Under the pieces are notes generated by a model. It was given only the letters and a program-made list of their open reading frames with translations. It was not told the DNA's origin and did not search any database. Below, piece by piece: positions 35,530-47,870 of a DNA stretch of 64,000 nt. The translations under genes were made by a program, and so were the position numbers. This DNA comes from Octopus sinensis (lineage: Eukaryota). The DNA lies in contig NC_043013.1 of the NCBI RefSeq assembly GCF_006345805.1, positions 40,486,001 through 40,550,000 on the forward strand, written 5' to 3'. Within the stretch, counting starts at the first letter, position 1. Each line of letters begins with the position of its first letter.

Positions 35530-36200
35530 CTAATGAGATTTTGTTTTCGCTCTTGGGAACTCACATCTATTTTTGTTCTCTTGCCGTGTTGGGGTGTGGT
35601 TTGAGCGTATGTTCGTAACTATATCCTCAAACATCTGTCTAGTAGTGATGACTCTGTGTGTGTGTGTGTGTATGAAAGACCATTCGACAAGTGACAGGTC
35701 ACGTATAATTACTCCCCTGTTTCCTTTGTGCAAATCCCTATTGTCAAATGGGTGTGCTGAAGTGATTGTATTTGGTTTAGTCTTGGAATGTTGGAAATAA
35801 AAATTATAGTGTACAATGTCGTAGTTTGAAAGAAAAATTTTCTTAACTGATATGTTATAGATAGTTCTAGAATGACTGCTTAATACATAGTGCAAAGCAC
35901 TTTTGCTTTGTATATCGTTGACCCAAGCATCAATTTTGCATGGGACATAAAATTATAAATTAAAAAAGCGTTTCTACCGCTGCTACTGAGATGCAATTAC
36001 TTGGTTTCAAAGAATTTACTGGCCAGTCTATAAAGGGAAGACTGAAGTCACCCATCATTAATAAACTTCCGGAATTGCTCTTTGGAATGAAGGACTTTAC
36101 TTTCTTTGAGACAGACATTCAGGTGGTTTGTACGAACCAGTTTATAGTAAGGACATTAATTTCAATGTGTTTCGAAACAGATTCGCAGTAGCCAAAGAAA
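35530..36200 (-). pseudogene. CR1-like LINE ORF2 relic (APE domain and linker)
   Basis: LLMMGDFSLPFIDW (APE GDFN motif) near 36040-36070; downstream RDLHKGNRGVIIRDLSLVEW resembles the CR1 post-APE linker. Confidence 0.5.
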
Positions 36201-36282
36201 AATATTTTTTTGCACCCGTAGCAAGGAAATCCTTGTGATGCTGCCATGGCATAACTGCGACACTATGTCACTGACTTTGTAT

Positions 36283-36540
36283 TATCTTTCATCTTTTAGT
36301 TGTATCGGTCATTAGACTGCGGCCATGCTGGGACACAGCCTTGAAGAATTTTAGTCGAATAAATCAACCCTGGCACTTATTATTTTTTTTCAAACCTGGT
36401 ACTTATCCTATCGGAGACTTGTGCTGAACCACTAAGTTACGAGAATATAAACACACCAACACCGGTTGTCAAGTGGTCGTGGGGAACAAACACAGGCACA
36501 AAGATACACACATATACGACAGGTTCCTTCAAGTTTCCAT
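36283..36540 (-). mobile_element. SINE family A, 3' half
   Basis: GACTGCGGCCATGCTGG...GGTACTTAT.CTATCGG...GAACC.CTAAGTTACG. Confidence 0.7.
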
Positions 36541-36541
36541 C

Positions 36542-37187
36542 TTAATGTTCTTCTTACAGGTAAGATGAAAATTTTTATGTTTGCTGCCCGCAAACATTTT
36601 TGTCAGTATATATATATATATACAGTGAAGCTTTACTATAGCGTCGTATATTATCGACTGCTATTTCCAGTAAATATTGGTGCATTGTTGTACCACTATC
36701 CTATATTTATACTTTAACCTGATAGCGCTTTGTTTTACTGGGAAGCAATACTGCTATATTGCACTATTTAATAATTTTTTCTTTGAAAACTTTTTCACTG
36801 TTCTCGGTTTGCTAACGGCTAGGCGTTCAGACGAGTAATTTTGGCATTGATGTAGCGACATTTGAAATTTTGTCTAGGTGAATCTAGCCGAAGAGAACTA
36901 ATCAAATTTACGTTAACAAACGTAATTTGGAAAGTTCGAAGCCTAAGTCCTAGATTATCCACATCTGGGTTGTACATTTATTTAATGTTCTCACAGGTAG
37001 GAAGTAATTTTTTGTTTGCCGCTCGTAAACATTTTTGCTAGTATATATATATATATACAGTGAATCTTTACTATAGTGCCGTATATTATCAATTGCTATT
37101 TCCAGTAAATATTGGTGTATTGCTGTACCACTATCCTATATTTATACTATAACCTTATGGTGCTTTGTTTTACTGGGAAGCAATACT
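36542..37187 (+). repeat. Diverged ~210-bp direct repeat pair (36542-36752 and 36982-37187)
   Basis: TAATGTTC..ACAGGTA.G...ATATACAGTGAA.CTTTACTATAG...TTTCCAGTAAATATTGGTG...TGTTTTACTGGGAAGCAATACT in both. Confidence 0.85.
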
Positions 37188-37410
37188 ACAAATAATTTTT
37201 TTGTTCATATATATATATATATCCAAATTAAGGGAGTGGAGCAGGTACAATTCAGGCTACATATGTTTCCTAGCTAGCAGATCCTATGATGTAATAATTA
37301 CTCAACGCAGAGTGCCCAGCTAGCTTCTCATTAGGCCGAACATACCTTAATTATATGAAGATTATATTGTCGCTAAGGAACCCCAAGTTACCTAGTCGAG
37401 GAAACAGTTT

Positions 37411-37508
37411 GATTCGGATTCCGTGCTACTTCAAGTTTCGCAGGCCCCTAACGCGACAGGGGCTCTTCCAGGGGCCTGTGAAACTTGAAGTAGGACGGAA
37501 TCCAAATC
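37411..37508. other. Near-perfect hairpin, 39-bp stem with 20-nt loop
   Basis: GATTCGGATTCCGTGCTACTTCAAGTTTCGCAGGCCCCT versus AGGGGCCTGTGAAACTTGAAGTAGGACGGAATCCAAATC: 2 mismatches and 1 G-U on the plus strand. Confidence 0.9.
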
Positions 37509-37877
37509 TACTATATATAACTCCTAATAAATGTGCTGAGTGCCCATTTTTTCATTTGTTCACTCAGTCATATAAATGCATAAGAGTAGAGGTACAGGTG
37601 TCAATCCATTACGGCTGTTTCTAACGACTTCCTTAATTGATTCACGAAAACATTACATCATTATATAGAAACCGTTTCCGTCAGATGAATTCATGAACTT
37701 CAAAATAAAGGATATTCAAAATGATTTAACACGCGTGTTTAAAACCCACTGAGCAAAGCATTTCCAGTGATCCTACTACTATTCTTGTGTGAGTGCATTT
37801 TTCCGACCTAACGAGATGCCTCAGATTAAGTACCTAATTCAACTGAATCTTATTGATATATATATCCGAGCCTCAGG

Positions 37878-38265
37878 ACGTTATCAAAGAAGCTTGAGAG
37901 GCGGCTGGATGGAACCTACACTCGCCTCCTTATGAGAGCTCAAAATCTCTCGTGGAAGCGCCATCCAACCAAAATGCAAATATATGGGAAACTACCACCT
38001 GTGTCATCTCCTGTGAAAGGTAGGAGAGTCCAGTTTGCTGGACATTGTTGTAGAGCTGAAAAAGAAGTAATTTCTACTCTTCTCCTCTGGAAGCCATCTA
38101 CTCGCAATACCAGAGGGCGCACACTCTCCTACCCTGATGTAATCTCCAGGGATACAGGCATCCAGCAACAGGACCTCCGTAATGCTATGATGGACCGTGA
38201 AGTCTGGCGTAGCATGGTAAATTCCATTGTCTCGACCACGGTCGAACAATGATGATGATGAAAAT
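37878..38265 (+). mobile_element. 5'-truncated RTE/RTE-X LINE with 10-bp TSD
   Basis: Open frame TLSKKLERRLDGTYTRLLMRAQNLSWKRHPT...RRVQFAGHC.RA..EVISTLLLWKP...DLRNAMMDREVWR; (TGA)n tail; GAGCCTCAGG at 37868-37877 and 38266-38275. Confidence 0.9.
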
Positions 38266-39029
38266 GAGCCTCAGGTAACTGATGATGGGATCATTTCTTA
38301 TATACACATATGCATATGGATTTGTATTGTTTGAATCTCGTTGAAAACAACCTGAAGGGAAATTCCGCTTCCATGTATGCAACAAAATGTAAAGAAGTAT
38401 AAAGATCTATAAAAACTTCTGTGGGGACCACATCTGTGGGTAAAGTGATACTCTCTCCAAGTGTTTTGACAAATTCGTACAACAATCTTTGAAGGATCTT
38501 ATGGTGAACTTATGAACGGATACATGTGAAAACAAGGGGTTGGTAATGAATATGACGTTAAAGAATTTACGATAAAATGGTTTCTACTCTGGGTGTATAT
38601 TTTCACTGGGGATGTATAAATACCATGTATTGTCAGTAACTGTATATTTATTTTCGTTACACAGGAGTTTGATTTACGTTACACGAATATATATTACATT
38701 TGATATTTATATTTACGGCATATAAATAGTAAATATTTATACTATTATTGTTCTATGTAAAAATAGACTAAGCAATTTACTTCATGTCGGACGAACCTGT
38801 TGTATACAGTTAAGAAAGCTGTTACTTTTGTATTCTCATAGGCTCTCGTCTTTCTCTTTTTTATCTCTCACTATTTCTTCTTTCTTTTCCCCGTCTTCTC
38901 TCTCACAACCATCGACCCCGACTCTTTATGTATGTATGTACGTATTTATCGATTTGAATTAATAGTTTTCTCAAGAGAGGATAACCACAAATATACTTGG
39001 ATATCTATCACATACACACATATATACTT

Positions 39030-39058
39030 ACATGTATGTATGTATGTATGTATGTATG

Positions 39059-39091
<33 letters not shown>

Positions 39092-39178
39092 GTGTGTGTG
39101 TGTCTTTTGAACTTAGTTTTTTTTACCATAATCCAGATCACTTTGTAGATCTGATGTAAGAAAGAGATAGAATTAAGT

Positions 39179-39239
<61 letters not shown>

Positions 39240-39240
39240 G
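39030..39240. repeat. (TATG)n, (TG)n and (GA)n/(GAAA)n microsatellites
   Basis: Direct inspection. Confidence 0.9.
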
Positions 39241-39523
39241 GGAGGATTAGTGGTAAGACCAATCATGGAAAAACATATTTAGATTCGGGAAGAGGAAAGG
39301 GATGAAAAATCTCGAAGTAGTTATCACTCGTCGACACCTTTAAAGAGGCCACAAACCTTCCCTTGGGACCCCTGTACTGTAGATGATATTATAGCTAACT
39401 AAATTAATAAATGTAGGGCAGTTCTAGAGGGTTTATTGCGTTCCAGTTTTAAGAAAAAGAATCTCAGTAACTAGGAGAAATGAATACTTTTGTTCGTTCA
39501 TGCCTGTGTGACTATTGTTTTCT

Positions 39524-39583
39524 GTTTTATTTTATTTTATTTTATTTTATTTTATTTTATTTTATTTTATTTTATTTTATTTT
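39524..39583. repeat. (ATTTT)n pentanucleotide array
   Basis: Direct inspection. Confidence 0.95.
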
Positions 39584-39905
39584 TAAGGCGATTGTGTCCC
39601 GGAGTATGTGATCTTAGTGACTTATGTTCTAAAAATATAATAGCTTTCTACATAAAATATTTTCGCATCATCTTTATCTTTTGTGGTCTGAAAATGACTG
39701 TAACGTGCAATGATGAGTAGTGGTAATATTTCCACATGTCATTTTCGCAACACGGTTTCAATTCCCGGCCGGCTGCAGTCATTTAACTTTTCTTACTTTT
39801 GTAATGCTCTTGTAAAGGATACAGATATAAAAACATCATCTAAGTTAAAAGTTAAGATACCTGGCTTACATGCGCGTGCGCGCACACAGACATACAGGCA
39901 CACAC

Positions 39906-39967
<62 letters not shown>

Positions 39968-40139
39968 GCGCGCTCATACGTAATTAACGAACCGATGCGA
40001 GAGATTCTTTCTAGAAATGGCCGACAAATTTCCTTCAAACCACACTTACTATATTAAAAACAAGAAACCTTTGGATAATGTAGTACTCTGTTATATCGTG
40101 ACAGAAAACAAAATTGGACGGCCATAATCGGAAAGCTTT

Positions 40140-40440
40140 TGATTATTGGTCTGCCCAAGTCAAGCTCTCTTGGAGCTAAGCAACAACAACCTGTGTGATA
40201 GACTACCTTGTGATCAAGTCAACAAGGGAACCTCTCCATGGTCGCTTGACCTGTTAAAGATAGCAGCAGATTTCTCCATATCACATCCTGTTAAGTATAA
40301 AAGAGAGGGAAGACACATTGAAGAATGTGGTCCTACTTATATAAAACAACAGGATGGTCAAATTTGGGATGCTTTTGATCATGCTTCTGCTGAATCAGGC
40401 CTAACCCAGAAATACACAACAACAATAACGGCAACAATCT
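40140..40440 (+). mobile_element. Older SINE-like dispersed repeat, family D
   Basis: GGTCGCTTGACCTG.TA.A.ATAGCAGC..A and GGGATGCTTTTGATCAT...CAACAAC tail; partial matches at about 17130-17195 and, reversed, about 1930-2030 and 10990-11060. Confidence 0.45.
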
Positions 40441-40799
40441 TGTGACCAGCTCAGTTCTTGATTATCTCCACAAAACAGAGTATTACGATTGTTAGTAAGA
40501 GAAGGGAGCGCGAAGATGAGTGATAGAATAGAAAGTGAAATTGTATCTGTTATAATCGCAGTAAGGAATTATTAATTCTAACTTTTTTTTCTGCTGACCT
40601 AAGTTTGAGACCTGTTTGGGGGGTAATTTGGGGTCACTAAGTTTTAAAATGGCAATAGTTTTTTTTTCTTTCTCGTCTAGAATTTTTGTCTATGGGCTGG
40701 CCCATATTGACCCCACCTGTAGCTCCATGTTTGAAATGTTTGAATTCCCCCCGGCTCTTTTTGTTATATATGTGGGTGTTTTACAGTACCAACTCAAAG

Positions 40800-41355
40800 A
40801 ATAAACGTTAGTGACATTGTGAAAAGATCCTACTTGGCTTACTTAAAGATTAAAGTTGGTGATCAGGATAAATCGTGGGCCCGTACCATGTATATAAAAC
40901 CTATGTCGAAAATCTAAGCCAATGAACAAAGGACTCGAGGAAACAAAATTTGGCATCCTATGATACGGTGGGAACCAAAGAACCATGCAAACGATTGCTA
41001 CTTTTGTCTCATAAAGACTTCTTATAGCAAGAGAATGTGACAGAAAATAAGTTACCCAAATCTGGACTCAGCAATTCATCCAGTGCTTTACTCAGATGAA
41101 ACACCAGTATCCGTTTACAAGGATTTACCTTCACTGCAGGGTGAAAGTGATATATGTGAAGTAGATATAAATCATGAACATGACAGTGATATAGACTTTG
41201 TAGAAACATCAACGGAAGAACGTGAAAACTTCAGCCAGGCAGAACTTAATGATTTAGTTAGAGACCTAGGACTGTCAAAAGAGTTATCAGAACTGCTAGC
41301 TTCTAGGCTTAAAGAGAAGAATTTTTTGCAGAAAGAAACAAACGTGATTTTTTTT
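40800..41355 (+). pseudogene. Chapaev3-like (CMC group) transposase N-terminal relic
   Basis: KVGDQDKSWA..HV.KT.VENL, PM.RWEPKNHANDCYFC, YPNLDSAI.PV, FSQAELNDLVRDLGLSKELSELLASRLKEKN; contains stops and frameshifts. Family name is from recall of these motifs. Confidence 0.6.
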
Positions 41356-42049
41356 TCAGAACAAGGAAAAAAATTTTGTTTGTTTGTACTTGTGTTTGTC
41401 GATCACCACCGCTTGAAAACCGGTGTTGATATGTTTACGACTCCGTGACTTAACAGTTCAGCAAACACCGATAGAAAACGTACCAGACCTAATAAATAAG
41501 TACTGGTCCTATTCGTTCGGCCAAAACTTTTCGAGTTAGTACCCCAGCATCGTCACGGTCTGATGATTGAAAGAAGTGAAAGATAAATAATTTAAGCCTT
41601 TTCGTCTCGATGATTAAATTTAATTTCTTTACCTGTTACCAAAACTCGTTCACAGCTAATCGATACGTGGAAATTGATATTCTAGGGGACACACTTCTCT
41701 CGACAGCAATCGATTAACGTTTCGTTACTTTACAACTAAGATGCATTGAAAGAATACATATCGACTTCAGTTATTTGACCAATATTTTACTTTATTGACC
41801 TCGGCGGGATTCGAACTCAGAACGTAAAATGTCATTACTAAATACTGTAAGATATTTTGTCAGATTTCCTGCCAATTCACCAGACGATGCTTTACTGTAA
41901 CTGTTTGACATTATCAACTGAGGACAACACAAAACGCTCCCAACACCCACAATAAATAATATTGCAACTGAAAACACACCCAATATTGGAACAGAAGAAA
42001 ACTATGAGCTCGGCAATTACGCCTAAGTATCAGTTGCTCTGACATGAAA

Positions 42050-42162
<113 letters not shown>

Positions 42163-43259
42163 TCATTCGTATTGCCCATACGACAGTTACATAGTAATAC
42201 AGACATTAGTGAAATGCATATTGACTTAGCACACATCTGGGATTACATCTGCGAAGTGATACGTCATATGTACACATGCACATTTGTATTTAAATATACG
42301 AAAGAAGTCTTATAGAAGGCAGATCATTAGAAAATAAGATAACAATCCTCAGGATGTAACACCACCTGCGTTGTGCAGGAAATTGTGCTAAAAATGGAGA
42401 TTAAGCGAACATTTGCCATTTTGCCCAGTGCTCTACGTCTGGATTTCGTCCACACTGTGATCACTTTAAGATACCTATGTTACCATTTATACTTGAAATT
42501 GTCTCCGTCCTCTTTGAGCTTATAAAAGATAAGTTAAGCTGGGGCAAAATGAGTAAGCCATGATAAGGTAATTTTGCCTTTTCATTTCTCCAGAATTACA
42601 TTTGTAAAAAGACTCATACACATCAATATCCATCCTTAGCTATCAGAAAGATCAGAAATGCAATAAAAGTTTAAAATATCTAGGTTAAATGAAAGTGGAT
42701 CATAGGAAAATGGCACATGATATGAAATTAATGAAACTCGACTAAATAAAAATAAACTTAACATAAAATATTCTCTATAACTTCTCGATATATTTACGTA
42801 AAATACAGTTAAAGAGAAGAAATTACTGACATTAATCATTACTTATTTTGCCCCAATTTAGACGCCATATTTTTGAAAATTGAAAATAATGGAATTAGAC
42901 ATTAGTGTGAGAAAAAAATTGACGTGGAATCCAAGAGAGTCCAACAGAGGAAAGAATACTGATTGTGAATCACTATAAATTATTCAGATATTTTATAAGC
43001 AACCTCAATTGCCAACAGGTTAAAGTTAAGGAAAAATTTCTTGAAAAACAAAGTACCTGTTATCTATGTTTCAAACTCTCTTAACTACAACAACAAATAC
43101 GTTGACCAGTTTTTTACTCCTAAAAATGATGCAACAGGACAAAATGATTTCAAATAGGAAGGGAGAAAACGAGAAATCAGAAATTATTCATTTTACCCCG
43201 GTTACTTATTTTGCCCCATCACCCACGTTAAAAATATTCCACACAAATCAAGAGATATG

Positions 43260-43316
<57 letters not shown>

Positions 43317-43318
<2 letters not shown>

Positions 43319-43854
43319 GCCCTGATGCAGTACCAGGCAGTGGCTCTCATGGCTTCTGATCTTAACTGATTGGAAGTGTTATCATGTACATTGTTTTGTC
43401 TTGGTATAAAAGATGGGCTACAGCAAATATTCTGCTCAATACCACAGATTTGCTTGTCAGTTGAGCATGTCCCTTAGTGGCTGACAATACGTGCATCTCT
43501 GATCACGAGCAGAAGTAGTGGGGGAGCATCATGGCCATGTGTTGAGAGGGATTCTTTGGAGTTTGAATGGTTCACCTCTGGAAACATAGGTGTTTCGTTC
43601 AACATCCTAAAGCAACCCTTATTCAAGGACCTTTTGAGCAGGATGGGCTACTCAACCTGAAGAAAATTCTAACTGGGCCCCACCTGCAAGGTCATGTGCT
43701 GTTTATCTTGATATGAGATCACCATGTCGCGCACATATGGTTGTGATGCATGTGCCTGGTGTACCTTTATCAGACGGGTAGTCATGATGGGTATATTGGG
43801 CTTCGTATATTTTACCCCAGTGTCACTTTGATGGCATGAACTGCTCTCTCACTC
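43317..43854 (+). mobile_element. ~530-bp non-coding interspersed element in an (AAT)n array, copy 1
   Basis: Flanked by (AAT)n at 43261-43316 and 43855-43874; same ends as the reverse copy at 59481-60017. Confidence 0.8.
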
Positions 43855-45247
43855 AATAATAATAATAATAATAAAATGCATTTTATCCTTTATATTTCTG
43901 CGAATTAATTAGTATTTTTGTAATTATGGAATATGAAAAGTTCGATGAGTTATTTTGAAATTGTATTTTATTTACAATTGTATTTTGAAATGATTTGATT
44001 GTAGTAATAATGATGAATTTTGGATACGATATAATATTTCGGAATATGCAATTATATCTTTTGAAATAAGTTGATGTGATAATCTGTTTTCACTGCATAT
44101 TATTGTATTTTGAAATAATTCGACGGTAGTAATTAACTTTGGAATTAATTCCCTGAAATATAAAAGGAAAAACACATTTCGTTCTTATTTTGCATATGCT
44201 TGACTGAGAAAAGAGCGATTTTAAAGGCTACCCAACGCCCGGATATTTAACTGAATACCAGGAATGAGGTGTTTAATCCTTGTCCACATGAAAGGAAGTA
44301 CATCCTATCGTATAAGAAATAGATATAATTTGTAGGTTTTACAGATATTTGCTTGTCAGTTATTAATTCAATAAAATATTAGAATTACAACGAAGAAAGG
44401 ATGGGTTATTATTTTCTTTCTAGCCTCGAGTGCCAAGAATCGAGTTTTTCTGCCGATTCTTACTATCTCTAAGATTCACTTATCCAAAGTCCATTCTTGA
44501 AAGAAATATATATAAATTCAATAAATTTTGAATATCTACGTCATTTCAATACCAATGATGACTTCTTGCTGAAATGTCAGAATAAGAAATAACAACACAA
44601 AAAATGCAAGATTGTCGTTTTTAACCCTGTCGCTACAATACTACGCAATTGTTCGTAAAAGTAGGCCGAGGAAAATACTTATCAGATAAGAATAGTAAAC
44701 ATGTGCGTTGTATATATGTATAACAGACCGAAAAATATCAAGATTATAATTAATAAGAAACAATATTTCTATTGTCTGATGAGACTAGACAACAGGAAGG
44801 AACAAATCTATATCCCGGGGAAGATTGTTTTTCTGGTTTAAAAGGAAAAGGATAATATTGTTATTAGAAACATAACCCATTGTCTACTAGACTGAGATGA
44901 TTATATATAACTCTGATAAAGAAAACTACTTTGTTATAAGTAAGACGATCTGTTGGTGTTCGCTATGTCAATTCTTATGTCAAAATATATGGTTTCTTAG
45001 TTTAGTATGTCGTTGCTGCATCTCTGAACATCTTGTCTTCGTATAACGTATGCTTTTTGTAACTATCATTATTATTTGGGAGAAGAAGGGCGATGTGAAT
45101 GACATTTGCATGTCCTCTTTGGCTGGTGAGGTCGATGTGGGCTGAACTGCTGTCGGTTGATATTCGTGTGGAAAAGAAATCGTTCTTTGTCGTGAGGAGT
45201 GAAGGAAGTTACAGTTTCGGGTCTTACCCTTCGTCTGAGAGAGAGGG

Positions 45248-45249
<2 letters not shown>

Positions 45250-45293
<44 letters not shown>
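45250..45293. repeat. (GA)n microsatellite
   Basis: Direct inspection. Confidence 0.9.
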
Positions 45294-45295
<2 letters not shown>

Positions 45296-45604
45296 GAGTG
45301 CTGAGAGAATTGTTGTCATTTAGGTTGGAGGCATCTAAACGAAGGAAAGAACTGGAGATGAAAGAATGATACGAGAACTGAAAGGAAAGGTGAAGAGAGT
45401 GGCGGTGTGAGGGGGTCAGAAGATTAACGAAGATGGAAGAAGATAAGAATTAAAAAGGCAAACCAGAAAGTGATTTTGCCTCTAAAAGAAAATGGTGCTG
45501 AGTTCATGTTAAGAGTGAAACAGGACGAAAACTTAATATTTTAAGTTGAACCTGACTTAATTATTTGACCAGCAGCAGTAAAAGAGATTGCGCACACTCA
45601 TAAC

Positions 45605-45895
45605 AGTCGCGTGTGTGGCTGTGTGATAAGAGGTTTGCTTCCAAACCACATGGTTCGGGTTCAGTCCCGCTTCGTGACACCTTGAGCAAGTGTCTTCTAC
45701 TGTAGATTCGGGCCAACCAAAGCCTTGACAGAGACGCTTGACAACCATGTTCGTTTGCTTATGTCACCGTAACCTAACGGTTCAGCAAAAGGTACTGATA
45801 GAATAAGCACTAGGCTTAAAAAAGGAGGAAAAATTCTTCAAGGCGGCGCTCCTGTATGGCCACACTCTAACGACTTAATCAAGTAGAATATAAAA
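45605..45895 (+). mobile_element. SINE family A, internally deleted
   Basis: GTGGCTGTGTGATAAGAG...GGGTTCAGTCCC...CAAGTGTCTTCTACT...GATAGAATAAGCACTAGGCTT...GGCGGCGCTCC. Confidence 0.75.
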
Positions 45896-46220
45896 AACAC
45901 AGTCATACACATAAACACAGCCGTATCACAAATGAGCACGTCCACTTATGTTATACACATCCATATAGATGCAAGCCTACATGCGCACGCATACACGAAC
46001 ACACGCACAAGCGTGCACGCACGCACACATGCACACGCATACGTACACATACACTGTAGCGGCTTGCTGGTCACTTTTTCTCGTCTTTAAATGGTATTTA
46101 TTAGATCTTTGAAGCTGTTTCTACAGCTGTTCTGCTTTCGAGGTTTTTGTTTCCGGCAAAATACCAACTCACTCGGCGCTTCAAATTTTGTTTATAAAAA
46201 TGTTCTCATATATGTCTATA

Positions 46221-46911
46221 CTAGCAGTAATACCCGTCGTTCATCGGATAATTACTTTTACTCTTTCTCAGGAGTCACATTCAAAGTATTATTATATATA
46301 TAATAGATTTCTCAACGGGGATTTCAGGGGAGAGTTTCAGGGAGTCGCTGGCGATGTATCGTGATGATCAAAAATCCGGCCTGCTAAAATTTGGTTAAAG
46401 TGATTCAAACTGCAAACTCAACGCAAAATGGTCACATTTAATTCAAAGCGTTAAAAATGTTATGAAAACAATTGGTATGTGTTCACAAAGTCCAAACGAT
46501 TAATACGAAAAAAATGCTCCAGGCTACATCCCGAAAATTCATTTCTTTGCCGAATTTTTACAATGTTTACGGCGATTCGTTTTTATATCTTGATTTTTTT
46601 TATTTTTCATGCAATTTACGCATGCTTGCACGCGTGGTGAACATAGTTCACATCAAACAGCTGACTGAGTAAAGTTCACTATTCAATGCATGGGATAAGG
46701 CCTAAACAAACACATTATCGATTTTTGCACTTGCGAGATGAATTTCGGAACAGAAATAGCGCAGTTCAATTTTCATTCGCCTAAACTTTAAGTGACCCAT
46801 TTTTTGTGATTCTACGATTTGTTGACTAGGAGGAGATGTGCCGGGAAGTTAAACGCACACACACACACAGATACACACACAGACACACAAGTTGAGTTTT
46901 ATATATATAGA
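46221..46911 (-). mobile_element. Non-autonomous Helitron, family H2
   Basis: Minus strand starts A|TCTATATATATAAAACTCAACTTGTG (46911) and ends GAACGACGGGTATTACTGCTAG|T (46221). Confidence 0.75.
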
Positions 46912-47634
46912 TATATACGCGTACATAAATACAAACAATATAGATATAAACTATTTTCAATTGAAAGAACAGAAAGGAAAAGTACACTAGAGGGTGAACA
47001 TGGAAGCTGATAAGGGGAAAAAGAGAACCATAGGAATTAGTGGCGTTCATTCATTCATTCAACCTGGAGCAGAAGTTCCCCGATTGAAAATAAAATGATA
47101 TCACTGACAGAGATGAGATGGGGTCGGTGAGCGAACGGGAAAACTCAAGTCACGGGTTTCACTTAACCCTTGCACTTGCCTCCGATGTTACATTTCTCCT
47201 AATAATCCCCACCTTCTCTGTCTGATGTCCGTAACAGCGCTCATGTTGGAAGTGGATAGGGATACGGGAACTCTTGACCAGAAGACACCGTAGATTTTTG
47301 TTCTGTTCGAAGGAGAGAGTAGTATCGTCTTAAGGAAAGGGCACACTGGGCAGCAGTCCATTGGCCCCTTGTGAATAGGGGCCCAGTTTTGATCTATTTA
47401 TGCTTCGGTTTGTCGTCAATAAATATATATACTATAGAGCCCAGTGCATTGATTTATTCCAGGGCATATAAGGCTGTTAAGACGACTCTGGTCGATAGGT
47501 TGAGCTCGGCAGAAAGCTATGGCCGTGATGGGTTGGGTGAAACCGCACGTGAAGAAAGAAAAACAAATGCATTTGCTCCGGTCTGATGTCAAAATTTGAG
47601 TCTTTGCTATGTGGTATACAATATCTTTTGTGGA

Positions 47635-47870
47635 GGCGGGTGGCTTAGTAGTTAGGGTGTTGGACTCATGATCGTAAGATTGTGGTTTCGATTCCTGGAC
47701 AGGGCAACGCGTTGTGTTCTTGAGCAAAACACTTCATTCCACGTTGCTCCAGTTTATTCAGCAAGCAAAAATGAGTAATACTGCGAAGGACCAGCATCTC
47801 GTCCAGATGGGAAATACATACGCCACTGAAACCGGGCAACCAGACCACGTGAGCCTGGCATGGCTCGAGA
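47635..47870 (+). mobile_element. SINE family C
   Basis: GGGTGGCTTAGTAGTTAGGGTG...GGTTTCGATTCC...GTGTTCTTGAGCAAAACACTTCAT. Confidence 0.75.

Noticed and set aside
42541-43218. GGGGCAAAAT(G/A)AGTAA and its reverse complement at 42541, 42840 and 43203
   Set aside because: Suggests a MITE, but I could not define matching termini or a TSD.
44776-44800. CTGATGA hammerhead-like core
   Set aside because: No stem II followed by GAAA and no stems I/III could be formed.
47345-47387. Small hairpin GGCCCCT/AGGGGCC with outer ACTGGG/CCCAGT
   Set aside because: Short stems are expected by chance in 64 kb and I recognise no ncRNA family; the similarity to the 37.4-kb hairpin is limited to 7 nt.
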